This document shows, piece after piece, positions 29,628 through 40,187 of a stretch of 64,000 bases of DNA. Numbering within the stretch: position 1 is the first letter of the stretch; the number at the start of each line of letters is the position of its first letter. The position numbers and the translations under genes are program-made. Below the pieces are notes generated by a model, which was not told the DNA's origin, searched no databases, and saw only the letters and a program-made list of their open reading frames with translations. The DNA is from Patescibacteria group bacterium (GTDB lineage: Bacteria > Patescibacteriota > Microgenomatia > UBA1400 > PJMF01): the NCBI GenBank assembly GCA_049322655.1, contig JBMORP010000006.1:320410-384409 (forward strand), read 5' to 3'.

Positions 29628-30017
29628 CTAATCAATACTCTCTGGTGGTCTAAGGCCTCTTTTTTCAGTACCAGTTAACAAAGCCCAAAGTTTAGCTAAA
29701 GCCCATTTATTGCCACTTGTTGTCAACCCATTTCTACCATGCCGTTTGTAGTGGTCTTGATAATGTTCTCGCACTGTTAGTAATCTACCATTGCTAGCTT
29801 TATCATACTTTTCATCTCTGCTATGGTCTATGTGGGCGGCATGTAGTCGTTCTCGTTGCCCACTTAGCTTAGACTTTCCACCATCTCTTTCCCAAATTTC
29901 TTGCTTAGTTTTTTTGCTAAAAGCTCCAAAACTTGCGATCACTAGGAGTCCAATAGTTGTCGCTGTTAACAAATAATTTTCATAATTAATACCTTTATTA
30001 ATTTCTCTTTCTAACAT
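29628..30017 (-). CDS. Small membrane-anchored HNH-like nuclease-fold protein (zinc-binding cysteines not conserved)
   Basis: ERDGGKSKLSGQRERLHAAHIDH…NGRLLTVREHYQDH follows the HNH pattern (…GxCxxCG…LxxHHI…N…H) with Ser in place of Cys. Confidence 0.35.
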   Translation of the reverse strand: MLEREINKGINYENYLLTATTIGLLVIASFGAFSKKTKQEIWERDGGKSKLSGQRERLHAAHIDHSRDEKYDKASNGRLLTVREHYQDHYKRHGRNGLTTSGNKWALAKLWALLTGTEKRGLRPPESID

Positions 30018-30139
30018 TACTTCCTTTTAAAAGTCATCCGAATTTCTGTTGGTTTAAAACAGAAAACAGACAATTAACACGTAAAAAAACGGGTTGGAAA
30101 AAATAATGTCGATTCAGCTAGTCAGACGATTAAAATCGG

Positions 30140-30565
30140 TTAAGAGCGGTTAGTCCAATAGCTGTGATGTTTCTTTTTCAAAGCTTCAATGTCTTGATCG
30201 TATTTTTTAAAAATAAAATCTAAAAAAAGATGAATATCATCTAAAGCTTCATCTGGAAGTTGAAACTTTTCTCTTAAATAAAAATCTAGATCGGGTAAAT
30301 CAATTCTAATTTCATCAACAATCTCACATTTATTTAAAAAAGTATAAACAGGAATCCCAAAACCATGAGCTAAAGACTCAATTGCAACATAGGTAGGGCT
30401 GGTATAAGTTCCAGTCTCCAAACGTGACAGGTAAGATGGAGTTAAACTAGTTTTTTCTGCTAAATCTTGTAAGGACCAGTTTCTTTTTTCTCTTTGGTAT
30501 TTAACGTATTTACCAATCTTTTCTCCAGCTGTTTTATTTTTAATTTGATTCTTATTAAAACTCAT
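30140..30565 (-). CDS. XRE-family helix-turn-helix transcriptional regulator
   Basis: HTH_3 signature NWSLQDLAEKTSLTPSYLSRLETG, plus a C-terminal domain of about 70 aa. Confidence 0.75.
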   Translation of the reverse strand: MSFNKNQIKNKTAGEKIGKYVKYQREKRNWSLQDLAEKTSLTPSYLSRLETGTYTSPTYVAIESLAHGFGIPVYTFLNKCEIVDEIRIDLPDLDFYLREKFQLPDEALDDIHLFLDFIFKKYDQDIEALKKKHHSYWTNRS

Positions 30566-30614
30566 TGACTATAGTCTATTATGAATATAAACTATAATCA
30601 ACATTAATTTTGAT

Positions 30615-31409
30615 ATGAATCAACAAATAAAAACAACCATTAGAATTCCCAAAAAAGAAAATCATATTCTTAATCAAACTATTAATAAAATCAACCAAGA
30701 TAAAGAAGTGCAAACACTATGGAGAGTGGCTAATATCAATGCCATTGAACGTTTGAATATGACTGATCATGGACCAATACATTTCCAAATTGTAGCAAAT
30801 ATTGGTTTAAAATTATTTCAGTTAATTTCTCAAGTTGTAAAACCAACAATAACAAAAAACTATCCAGAAACTAACCTCAACCACGCTGAAACAGTTGTTT
30901 TTCTAGGTTGTATTTTGCATGATCTTGGTATGTCTATTAACCGCGAAGGTCATGAAATGTTAAGCCTGTTCTTAGCTGACAGAATTTTACAAAGAACACT
31001 AGAGTTTATACCAGTGGAAGAACGAACAATCATCATTGCTGAAACACTCCATGCTATTTTTAGTCACCGTAATGGAGGAACTCCTCTCACCATTGAAGCC
31101 GGAATTGTCAGAGTTGCTGATGCTCTGGATATGAGTAAGGGTCGTTCTAGAATTTCTTTTTCTAAAGGTGATCTTAGCATTCATTCTGTCTCAGCAATGG
31201 CAATCAACTCAGTTGAACTTAGAAAAGGCACTATTAAACCAGTTATAGTAAAAATAAACATGAACAATTCTTCTGGCCTATTCCAAATAGATAACTTATT
31301 AAAACCAAAACTAAAAAACTCCGGTTTAGAAAAATTTATCGAGGTTGAAGCTAAAATGACTGGCAACTCAGAACACAGATTAGTTAAGGATTTCAACTTG
31401 AAACTCTAA
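30615..31409 (+). CDS. HD-domain metal-dependent phosphohydrolase
   Basis: H…HD…H…D ligands (HGPIH, ILHDLGMS, TLHAIFSHR, RVADALD); divergent from the XRE gene. Confidence 0.65.
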   Translation: MNQQIKTTIRIPKKENHILNQTINKINQDKEVQTLWRVANINAIERLNMTDHGPIHFQIVANIGLKLFQLISQVVKPTITKNYPETNLNHAETVVFLGCILHDLGMSINREGHEMLSLFLADRILQRTLEFIPVEERTIIIAETLHAIFSHRNGGTPLTIEAGIVRVADALDMSKGRSRISFSKGDLSIHSVSAMAINSVELRKGTIKPVIVKINMNNSSGLFQIDNLLKPKLKNSGLEKFIEVEAKMTGNSEHRLVKDFNLKL

Positions 31410-31413
31410 TAAA

Positions 31414-32058
31414 TTATTCTAAAGGAAATTTTTCTTGAACCCACTGAGCAAGTTTTTCAAAGGTACTAAGAGGTGGCTTTTGGTGGAGTAAAACCTCAGA
31501 CAAGATGTCGATCACTTCTTGTTTCTTTTCAGGAGGCAATACTAAAGTTAACCTACCTGGAAAATAAGCTGTTTCAATCATTAACAACAAAGAATCATAT
31601 TTTTTATCGAACCAGAATCGTCCCAGTTCCTGCCAAGCATAAAGCTTGCCTTCGACACTAACCCCAAAATTAGTAATCTTGTGAGTTATATCTTGAGGAG
31701 GAATCACTGCCAAAACATAATTTAAAAATACCACCGAAAAAACCATTGCTATTGGTAAAAATTGACCAGAAAAAAACAAAATTAGAGAAATTAGCAAAGC
31801 AATCACTAGAACTGTAGTAAAAAATTGTTTATTTCGTTTGCGAAAAGGCCTACTGGGAGCAAGCCATTCCAAAATAACTCTTTCTGGAATTGGTCTGTAC
31901 ATTCCTGGAGCAACCCTAGACATTTCTAGTTGAGAATCAAAAGGATAATAAGCACTGGGATCAACCTGGTTTTGCTCCTCAGTTGGAATATCACCGACCT
32001 GTTTTACTGGCCGCTGACCACCCAAAAAACTGCGGATAGTGTCCTTAGTTTTACTCAT
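31414..32058 (-). CDS. Hypothetical membrane protein (2 TM)
   Basis: 214 aa ORF with a central hydrophobic pair and no recognisable motif. Confidence 0.4.
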   Translation of the reverse strand: MSKTKDTIRSFLGGQRPVKQVGDIPTEEQNQVDPSAYYPFDSQLEMSRVAPGMYRPIPERVILEWLAPSRPFRKRNKQFFTTVLVIALLISLILFFSGQFLPIAMVFSVVFLNYVLAVIPPQDITHKITNFGVSVEGKLYAWQELGRFWFDKKYDSLLLMIETAYFPGRLTLVLPPEKKQEVIDILSEVLLHQKPPLSTFEKLAQWVQEKFPLE

Positions 32059-32145
32059 TAGCTACACTATACACCAATAGTAGTTGCCCAGAAAAGTAGC
32101 TGAACGAAAGTTTGCTTCAAGATGGTACAATTACAGCTTATAACA

Positions 32146-32228
32146 GGAAGGGTCGCATAGTGGTTCATTGCACAGGTCTTGAAAACCTGCGGCTTACGCC
32201 ATCGCGGGTTCGAATCCCGCCCCTTCCG
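32146..32228 (+). tRNA. tRNA-Ser (anticodon TGA), type II
   Basis: Hand-folded: acceptor GGAAGGG/CCCTTCC, 3-bp D-stem, anticodon stem-loop CAGGT-CTTGAAA-ACCTG, long variable arm, T-arm GCGGG-TTCGAAT-CCCGC. Confidence 0.8.
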
Positions 32229-32438
32229 CAATAACTAAAAAATTATGACGAACCAATCCTTTTAGCTAAAATTGGTTAATAGGTTTTGCTAAATTTCAAC
32301 ATTTTCTAACCCAACAAACTATATACAAGCTTAATGCTTGTTATTATGACAAATAAAATGCTATCGTGAATATAGAGCAAAGACTGGGTGGTAATAAATT
32401 AATCTAGCATCCCTGGTTTTTTAAAACTAAAATACAAA

Positions 32439-32804
32439 TTGAATATTATTCAAATACAAAATATGCAAAAACTATTAAAATTCACAATCTTATTAAATAG
32501 AATTTATATCCTGCCCGCTTTTATGCTCGCTTTGTTTTCACCAATGTATAGGCCTGATATGGGAAATATTAATTTTCTTGGTATGTATTTACTTACCATG
32601 CCATTGCAACCATACATTAGTATTAAATTAGTTAAAAAATATGAAAAAACAAACCCAAAAAAAGCTTTGATTTTGGGGCTCATAACTACACTTACAATTG
32701 GCATATTTGTAATACCAGTAATTGTTACAATAACTGGTGGTATATTTTCAGAAATTACTAAAAATGGGTTGATTCCAACAATTAAAAGAATACTGTTTTA
32801 TTAA
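32439..32804 (+). CDS. Small hypothetical membrane protein
   Basis: 121 aa hydrophobic ORF; it may not be a real gene. Confidence 0.3.
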   Translation: MNIIQIQNMQKLLKFTILLNRIYILPAFMLALFSPMYRPDMGNINFLGMYLLTMPLQPYISIKLVKKYEKTNPKKALILGLITTLTIGIFVIPVIVTITGGIFSEITKNGLIPTIKRILFY

Positions 32805-32985
32805 GAATCAAATTTTTCTTGCACAATAAACCTCAAAAAATCTTGGAAAAATGACTATTGTTCTACCATTAAGTATAAACAAAATAAACACCTGGTTAAT
32901 ATATACAAAGCAATAAGTTGTGGAATATAACCATTTTCAACAGAGAAAAATTCCAAAAGTGAGTTGAAGATAGTTTCTTAAGTTT

Positions 32986-33678
32986 TTAGTTCAAATTAAT
33001 ACTTTTCAAAATTTCTTTTACAGTATCATTTAGAGCAATTTCGCTAGGAAACTTTACCTCAACCACTGTATTATCTTGTAATAACACATATTCATTAAAT
33101 CCAGGGGGAAATCCTTCTACCCTTGCTGCTGAATAAGTCTTTTTTAGTGAAAAAAGCTGATCTGCTAACTCAACAAATTGCCAATGAAAACCAGGTGTTG
33201 AAGGGATACCTCCATTATCAAGCTCTTCTTGGCTTTTTTTCTCTAAACGACCAAGGTAGTTTCTAATATCTGTTTCAGGAATATTTTCTGAGTCATCGAT
33301 ATATGAAAAAGTAACTAAACAAGGAGTTGAATTTTCTAAACCAACCAAACTACAAGAGTTGTCAGTAAGTTCAATATGAACTAAATTCATACTTGGATAA
33401 AACTCCTCACTAATTTTTGCTTGAGCAGGATACTTAAAAGTAAAAGGAACAATACTATTTTGATAAGTCAGCCAGTTTTCACTTGTCTTGATAGTCAATG
33501 AAGGTTCTTGCTTCATCATCTGCAAGAATAAAACATAACCATAACTACAAACACCATCCCAATGACCGCCATCTTCTGTTCTGCCACCACAAGGAACCTT
33601 CCAAAATAATAAGAATGCAGTAACTGTTACAATTAATAACAATAAACCAATAAAAAGACCACGCGATTTTTTCTTCAT
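32986..33678 (-). CDS. Hypothetical membrane-anchored/secreted protein
   Basis: Probable start at MKKKSRGLFIGLLLLIV (ATG at 33676-33678); single N-terminal TM. Confidence 0.4.
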   Translation of the reverse strand: MKKKSRGLFIGLLLLIVTVTAFLLFWKVPCGGRTEDGGHWDGVCSYGYVLFLQMMKQEPSLTIKTSENWLTYQNSIVPFTFKYPAQAKISEEFYPSMNLVHIELTDNSCSLVGLENSTPCLVTFSYIDDSENIPETDIRNYLGRLEKKSQEELDNGGIPSTPGFHWQFVELADQLFSLKKTYSAARVEGFPPGFNEYVLLQDNTVVEVKFPSEIALNDTVKEILKSINLN

Positions 33679-33852
33679 ATTAATCACTATAGTAAACTTA
33701 AATTGAAAATTCAATTGGTCGACTTATTTAAAATAAAGTTTTAATTATTAGTGGTCTTAGATTTGAACAATTACCAAATTATTTCGATAAAATGTGCTAA
33801 ACTGCAATTATTAAACTAAAAAGGACAAATATAGGTTAATAAAACTGTATCA

Positions 33853-34098
33853 ATGATCACAGCAGAAGCAGTTATTATCCCTCAAGAAAAAATCACCAGA
33901 GTTGTTTTCGATTTAGCCGTTCGTTTAAGATCTTTTGAAAATATTGAATTAGCTCCAATAGTGTTACTTGTTTTAGAAAACATTAAAGACCCTAAAACTA
34001 GTTTTGAAGATTTAGAACCAGCTCAACAATTACTAGTAGTTAATTTTCTAATCGAAATGCTACCTCAAATTGATATCTCTAGTTATCAAACCAAGTAA
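33853..34098 (+). CDS. Small hypothetical protein
   Basis: 81 aa ORF with low support. Confidence 0.25.
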   Translation: MITAEAVIIPQEKITRVVFDLAVRLRSFENIELAPIVLLVLENIKDPKTSFEDLEPAQQLLVVNFLIEMLPQIDISSYQTK

Positions 34099-35272
34099 AA
34101 ATACCCACATTGCTCATCCAAACAAAAACTTCTTCATACCAATCTTTTAAATGAGAATAATCAGAATAATTTTTTTGTAAATTATTCATAACTTCATTAA
34201 AAGTTGCATCAATTGATTTCTGTCTATCTTCACCATGCCAACGAGAATAATAAGCGGTAAACTTATCCAAAATTTCTAATAAGGCACATTGTTTAATCCA
34301 TTTTTGATCAGTTATTATTTGTTCACGGTCAACCAACAAGGATAAATTGTCTTGAGAAAAATGATGGCTCATAGCCATTGGCACCAAAGAAGCTTGATCT
34401 GGAGTTAAAAAACCACCTCTTTGAAAAAATAAGTCACCAAACAAAACATGACTTCTAGTAAAAAACCTACGAATTGGCATTGCTTGAGGATCATTCCCAA
34501 TAGAAATTAAAAAATCCCTCTCTAGAGTAGTCAGGCTAAAAGTAGCAGTAATTTTTTCACCCAAATCAGGATCTTGTTCAAGTAGTTTTGGCTCATTTTT
34601 CACTTTTTCTAAAGCAACTTGTCTTAAGACATAAAGGTAGAGTTCAATTGGTAAAGCAAAAAAAACTCCATTTTTAAAAATTAAGTCAAAATCTGATAAA
34701 CCAGTTGGCGTCGTTTCTCGACTAATCGTAGCCAAAGCTGGTTGTAAGTCTTCAGGAAAACTAGCTGGATCACAAGCTAACAACCAATCTCGATGTTCTT
34801 TAGTAAAAAGACAATGATTATAAATCCTTCTAATAACAGCTGCTGGTTCATTACTAGATTCAACTAACACTGGACCAGCTTTGCCAATGTCACTAATAGC
34901 AACCATAAAAACTAAATCAGCAATAAAACTATTATCACCAGAAAAATTAGCCTTGATTTCTTCTGCAAACCGCAGCACAACTTTGATCATGGATAACTCA
35001 TAACTCCAATGACCATTTTGTGATTCATGTGTCTTAAGTAATGGTTTTTCTAACAAAAAACCCAATTGGTTAAAAATAGCACTAGGATAAGTTGAAAAAC
35101 TTGTTCTTAAATCTTCCAACAAATTCTGATCAAATAACAATTTTTGATCTTCAAGTAAAGAAAAAAGATCGGAACGAACAACTTGTCCATAATCATTCAA
35201 CTTACCACTTTTTTCTTCAACTTCTTCTCGCTCTTTTTTAACAACAGAAAAAAACTTTTCTTTGTTGCTCAT
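34079..35272 (-). CDS. Hypothetical protein
   Basis: 397 aa ORF with no recognisable motif. Confidence 0.4.
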   Translation of the reverse strand: MSNKEKFFSVVKKEREEVEEKSGKLNDYGQVVRSDLFSLLEDQKLLFDQNLLEDLRTSFSTYPSAIFNQLGFLLEKPLLKTHESQNGHWSYELSMIKVVLRFAEEIKANFSGDNSFIADLVFMVAISDIGKAGPVLVESSNEPAAVIRRIYNHCLFTKEHRDWLLACDPASFPEDLQPALATISRETTPTGLSDFDLIFKNGVFFALPIELYLYVLRQVALEKVKNEPKLLEQDPDLGEKITATFSLTTLERDFLISIGNDPQAMPIRRFFTRSHVLFGDLFFQRGGFLTPDQASLVPMAMSHHFSQDNLSLLVDREQIITDQKWIKQCALLEILDKFTAYYSRWHGEDRQKSIDATFNEVMNNLQKNYSDYSHLKDWYEEVFVWMSNVGIFTWFDN

Positions 35273-35335
35273 TGAACAAGCTATTATAACTCAAGTTTTA
35301 AACTGAGAAATCAGGATTAATAAGAAGACTAATTA

Positions 35336-37009
35336 TTAATTTAGTAATTTTGCCAAATGCTTTTGTTTTTCTTCTAAATAAGCATTTTTATCCAAGCCCA
35401 ATCGTTTAATCATTCTAGCGGCATACTCAGCTCCCAAAAGATGAGGAATCATCACAAAAGCTGCCCCCAAATCATATAATTCTTTTGCTTCAGTGATTGC
35501 ATGAGCTATTGGCACTACCAAAACCTTAGAATTTTTTTCTAACATTGTTCTAATAATAAGCTTATTAGTTACAAAGTCTGGAATTGTCGAAACCACTAAT
35601 TGAGGTTTAGTTACTGGTAATTCTTCTAAAAACTCAACATCACTAGCATCACCATAGCGAAATGGTAGCTGAAGTTTTTCTACTCGTTGAATAGAAGCTG
35701 GGTTGTAATCTACCACCAGATAACTTTGTTCAGCTTTAGTTAGAGCTTCAGCAAAAATATCACCAACTCGATCAAAACCAAAAATTACACTCGAATAATC
35801 TTCACCAACTGCCCCTTTTTCTGTTTTTCTAGTTTTCAATAGCTCTAACTTTTTCAAAATATTAGCAATTCTTGGATAAATGCTATCAGCGTAAAGAATT
35901 AAATAAGTCGAGCCAGCAATAGTAATCAAACCAACCAAAGTTACTAACGACAACACTTCTTGTGATAAATGACCAACTCGCATTCCCAAACTAGCCAAAA
36001 TTAATGAAAACTCACTAATTTGCGCTACAGTTAAACCAGCCAAAAAACCAGTTCGACGGCTATAGCCAGCTAGATTCATCAATAAAATCACAATCACTGG
36101 GTTACCAACCAACACAAACAAAGATAAGAGTAAAGCTGGCAAAATAATGGTAGCTAAATTAGCAATCACCATCTGCGAACCCAATAAAATGAAAAAAATA
36201 ATAATGAAAAAATCTCTGAGTGGCTTTAGTCTAGAGGACATTTCATCCGCATAAGGAGTCAGTGACATCGTCACTCCAGCAACTAATGCCCCAATCTCGA
36301 TCGAAAAACCAAGTAATAAAAACAAAGAAGCCAGACCTGTCCCCCAAGCTAGTGAAAACAAAAACAGTAATTCTTGAGAATGAGCAATATAGTTAGTAAG
36401 CTTTTGCAAAACCAGACTAGTAAAGAGATACAAACCGACCAATAAACCAAAACCTTTTAACAAAGTCCAACCCAAGGTATTAAGTAAACCGGCTTCACCA
36501 CCATTGTTAAAAACAGTCACTCCAATCAAAACAAACGTAGCAATCACATCTTGAACCAAGAGAAAACCAATCGCTATTTTGGCATAAAGTTTTTGTAAAT
36601 CTTTTTTATCAGCCAAAAGCTTCAGAATAATAATGGTGCTACTAAAAGTCAAAGCAATAGCCACATAAAGAGCAGCCAACCGATCAATTCCCAACAGTAT
36701 TGCTAAGAAAAAACCAATTAACGAGGTAAAAACTACTTGACCAATGCCCGTTACTAAAGAGATAGAACCTACTTCCTTAATTACTTTTGGATTGAGATGT
36801 AAGCCTACAATAAATAACAAAAAAACAATCCCAACTTTAGAAAAAAGTTCCAACTCATGAGTAGAATGAAGAACATTTAAAAAATAAGGCCCAGTAACAA
36901 TTCCAGCTAAAATATAACCCACTACCAATGGTTGTTTAAGAAGTTTTACCCCCAAAGCAACCACTGTTGTGACTAATAGCAAAATACTTAACTCAATAAA
37001 AATATTCAT
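35336..37009 (-). CDS. Monovalent cation:proton antiporter (CPA2/Kef-type) with C-terminal RCK/TrkA-N domain
   Basis: About 12 TM Na+/H+-exchanger-like core, then a Rossmann GxGxxG-like VIFGFDRVGD…DASD domain. Confidence 0.8.
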   Translation of the reverse strand: MNIFIELSILLLVTTVVALGVKLLKQPLVVGYILAGIVTGPYFLNVLHSTHELELFSKVGIVFLLFIVGLHLNPKVIKEVGSISLVTGIGQVVFTSLIGFFLAILLGIDRLAALYVAIALTFSSTIIILKLLADKKDLQKLYAKIAIGFLLVQDVIATFVLIGVTVFNNGGEAGLLNTLGWTLLKGFGLLVGLYLFTSLVLQKLTNYIAHSQELLFLFSLAWGTGLASLFLLLGFSIEIGALVAGVTMSLTPYADEMSSRLKPLRDFFIIIFFILLGSQMVIANLATIILPALLLSLFVLVGNPVIVILLMNLAGYSRRTGFLAGLTVAQISEFSLILASLGMRVGHLSQEVLSLVTLVGLITIAGSTYLILYADSIYPRIANILKKLELLKTRKTEKGAVGEDYSSVIFGFDRVGDIFAEALTKAEQSYLVVDYNPASIQRVEKLQLPFRYGDASDVEFLEELPVTKPQLVVSTIPDFVTNKLIIRTMLEKNSKVLVVPIAHAITEAKELYDLGAAFVMIPHLLGAEYAARMIKRLGLDKNAYLEEKQKHLAKLLN

Positions 37010-37078
37010 GATATTTCATTCTACTAGTTAACTAGTTGGTCCTGTAAACTGATTAAACTATAGATTAATCAATAAATC

Positions 37079-37993
37079 ATGAATAGTAAACCCATTGGTA
37101 TTACTTTTAGCCACCGTCATCTGGAATACTTAAAACTAGATGTTGAACCAGCTTTAGCCAAAGCCTTAACACTAAATTTCTCTCACCTCAGATTGGGTTG
37201 TTACTGGTCAGAAATAGAACCAGCAAAAAATAACTATAATTTTTCAAAAATCAACCAACTTCTAGAAAAGTGTGAAGTTGCTAACCAACCAGTAATTTTA
37301 ACTATTGGTGTTAAAGCACCTCGTTGGCCAGAATTTTATTGGCCTGAGCATATAAAAGAAAAAAATTTTACCCACTTAGTAACTCAACAAAAAATAATCA
37401 ATTTTTTAGAAAAAATAGTTGAAAAATTAAAAAAATATCAATGCATTACTTACTGGCAAGTAGAAAACGAGCCATTAGATCCAAGTGGTCCTAGCAACTT
37501 AGTCATTCCGTTAAGTTTTCTCAAAAAAGAAATCGAACTAGTAAAAAACTTGGATCATAGAAAAGTGCTTATTAATTTTTGGGGAAACGACTTATTAACT
37601 AGAAAATTAATTTATAAAATAGAAGATCAGGCTGATTTAATTGGTTTGGATTTATATCCCAAACAATTTGTCAAAAAAATTCTGGGCAAAAATATCTATA
37701 AAAACTATTTTGGTTTTCACCAGCCCAAAAATAAACTTCTCAATACTCTCAAAAACATCAACCAAAAAATCATTATTACCGAACTTCAAGCAGAACCATG
37801 GGAAGACAATGAACAAGAATATTTAAGTAAAAATCCTGCCAGTATTTCTCCAACAAAATTAGAACAAAATATTTTAGCGGCCCTTGAGTTACCAATTGAA
37901 GAAATTTTACTTTGGGGTTTTGAGTATTGGTGGTGGCAAAAAAAACAAAATAATAACAGTGACTACTTCAAAGTAGTGGAAAAGTTTTTATAA
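37079..37993 (+). CDS. TIM-barrel glycoside hydrolase, GH5-like (clan GH-A)
   Basis: Acid/base YWQVENEP (NEP motif) and a nucleophile-like ITELQAEPWE; no signal peptide. Confidence 0.45.
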   Translation: MNSKPIGITFSHRHLEYLKLDVEPALAKALTLNFSHLRLGCYWSEIEPAKNNYNFSKINQLLEKCEVANQPVILTIGVKAPRWPEFYWPEHIKEKNFTHLVTQQKIINFLEKIVEKLKKYQCITYWQVENEPLDPSGPSNLVIPLSFLKKEIELVKNLDHRKVLINFWGNDLLTRKLIYKIEDQADLIGLDLYPKQFVKKILGKNIYKNYFGFHQPKNKLLNTLKNINQKIIITELQAEPWEDNEQEYLSKNPASISPTKLEQNILAALELPIEEILLWGFEYWWWQKKQNNNSDYFKVVEKFL

Positions 37994-38003
37994 ATTATAA
38001 AAT

Positions 38004-39467
38004 TTAATCTTTAGTCACACGGTAAATAAAAATCTGATCGACTACACCGACCTCAACCCAAACTTGATCTAAAAAACTGGCTATTTCCCAAGCCTGATTA
38101 CTTTTTGTTTTGGCCAAATCGTGAGGAGAAATCACATACAACACTGTTGCTTGAGGATATTGGTCAACTCCATCAACTAAAATTTTTTCTTTTTGTAAAA
38201 AGTAGCGATAACGAGTCGCTCTGGTATCTACATCAGTCAAACTAGCTAGATTAACTTTTTTACCAGAATAATTATCTTTATAATCATTAACAATAATTTC
38301 ACTCAAACTTCTAAGCAAAGGTAAGTTTTCACTCCAATTTGGTTGTCTATTCAAATTAATATTCTTGTACATCAATAAAGCCAATAAAAAATAGAAAATT
38401 AACATTAACTTTTTCTGGCCAAAAAATTCAATAAAAAGATAAAAAAAGCCAAACCACAAATAACTACTATGATACTCATCGAAAACTGTTGGAAAAAAAC
38501 CAATCATCAAAAAGAAACAAAACCAAACAAAAGAAAGTAAAATCTTCAAATTAATCTCTTTAGTTATAAAGTAATGTTTAATATTTTTAAAAACCAACCA
38601 GAAAAAAATTAATTCCAAAAAAATAATTAATAGTTTGCTTGTAAAAAATAAACCTATTAATAAATTAAAAATAAATTTAATTGGAATAATTAAAAAATTA
38701 ATTAAATTAAAAGAAAAATATTGTTGATCAGAGCCACCAAAAAAAGATTCTTTAAGAATTTTAAAATAGAAAAAATCGTGAGTTAAATCAAAAATCAGAA
38801 AACTTAAATTTGGTAATATAAATAACAAACTAAACAAAATTAATTCCGACCAATGTTTTTTTCTATCATGAAAAAAAATTAATAAATAAGCTATGACCAA
38901 AGGTAAACTAAAGTAGTGGAGTTGAAAAAGTAATCCCAACATCAACCCAGCTAAACCAACCCAAATCAACTTAATTTTATCTTTTTTCAACAAGTTGGTT
39001 AAACATAAAAAATAAAGCAAAGCAAAAAATGGCAAAGTATTGGGGTTCCATGGCCACTGAACATATTTAATTACTAATGGGCTAACTGCATAGAAAAAAC
39101 TAGTTAATAAAGCTGTTTTTTCTGAAGACCACTGTCTAACCAATAAGTAAACTAAACCAACCGATAAAACACCCAAAAAAACAGTCAAAACAGCAGGGCC
39201 AATTGGATCAAAATCAGCTAATAATAAAGCTGGAGCCATCAAATAATAATGAAAAACTCCAAAAAAATCTTTTTTGCCATCGATTTCATTAAATGGACCA
39301 AATAAAGTCAAGTTTTTAGCTACCACTAAACGATGAATAGCCATCATATCCCGGCCTTCATCCCAAATAAACCTCATTTTAAGTTCAAGCTTGTAGAAAC
39401 GCACAAAGCTCGCCAACAAAATAATCAGCAGCAAAAAAAACAGTGACAGTTGAGGAAATTTCTTCAC
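38004..39467 (-). CDS. GT-C fold glycosyltransferase of the PMT/ArnT (GT39/GT83-like) family
   Basis: Multi-TM with an N-terminal FYKL…WDEGR (DE motif in the first extracytoplasmic loop); 487 aa. Confidence 0.55.
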   Translation of the reverse strand: MKKFPQLSLFFLLLIILLASFVRFYKLELKMRFIWDEGRDMMAIHRLVVAKNLTLFGPFNEIDGKKDFFGVFHYYLMAPALLLADFDPIGPAVLTVFLGVLSVGLVYLLVRQWSSEKTALLTSFFYAVSPLVIKYVQWPWNPNTLPFFALLYFLCLTNLLKKDKIKLIWVGLAGLMLGLLFQLHYFSLPLVIAYLLIFFHDRKKHWSELILFSLLFILPNLSFLIFDLTHDFFYFKILKESFFGGSDQQYFSFNLINFLIIPIKFIFNLLIGLFFTSKLLIIFLELIFFWLVFKNIKHYFITKEINLKILLSFVWFCFFLMIGFFPTVFDEYHSSYLWFGFFYLFIEFFGQKKLMLIFYFLLALLMYKNINLNRQPNWSENLPLLRSLSEIIVNDYKDNYSGKKVNLASLTDVDTRATRYRYFLQKEKILVDGVDQYPQATVLYVISPHDLAKTKSNQAWEIASFLDQVWVEVGVVDQIFIYRVTKD

Positions 39468-39502
39468 TCTTCAGATTATAGCTTAACTGTTATACTACCA
39501 AC

Positions 39503-40171
39503 ATGGCTGATATTCTTACAAGAAAAGCTGGTGAGAACCTCCTTAAAAGCTTTTTTGAAAACTATCGAACTTTTACTTATAAAACTGGTGAAACTATTAT
39601 TCAACCAGGAGATAAATTAACAACTATCTATTATTTAGAATCTGGTTACGTTAGCCAACAAGTAATCTCAGAAAATGGTGAAGACTTTATTTTAAATATC
39701 TTCAAACCAGGTTCTTATTTCCCAATCTCTTTGGTTCTTCAAGGTTCAGAAAATGAGTATTTTTATGAAAGTTTAACTGAAGTTAGAATTAAAAAAGCTC
39801 CAATTAAAGAAGTTTTATTATTTTTGAAAAATAATCCACAGGCTATGGAAGAGTTACTGCTAAGACTTAGTGCTGGTCTCAATATGCTCGCCAATAGAAC
39901 AGAAGCCTTAGTTTTTGGTGATGCAGGCAGAAAGGTAGCGGCCACCCTTTATTTTACTGCCCAAAGATTTGGTAAAACTAAAAACAAAAAAACAATTATT
40001 AACTTTCCTCTTACTCATAAAAGAATTGCCACTATGACTGGCATTACCAGAGAAACTGTTAGTATTGAAATGAGTAAGTTGAAAAAAAGCCAAATCATAG
40101 ACTATCAAGGCAAACAAGTCTCAGTCTTGGATATGAAAAAGCTTCACCATTCTTGTCTATGTAATCTTTAA
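39503..40171 (+). CDS. Crp/Fnr-family transcriptional regulator (cNMP-binding + HTH)
   Basis: beta-roll cNMP-binding-like N-domain and C-terminal HTH (…HKRIATMTGITRETVSIEMSKLKK…). Confidence 0.75.
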   Translation: MADILTRKAGENLLKSFFENYRTFTYKTGETIIQPGDKLTTIYYLESGYVSQQVISENGEDFILNIFKPGSYFPISLVLQGSENEYFYESLTEVRIKKAPIKEVLLFLKNNPQAMEELLLRLSAGLNMLANRTEALVFGDAGRKVAATLYFTAQRFGKTKNKKTIINFPLTHKRIATMTGITRETVSIEMSKLKKSQIIDYQGKQVSVLDMKKLHHSCLCNL

Positions 40172-40187
40172 AAAAACAGCAAAAATC

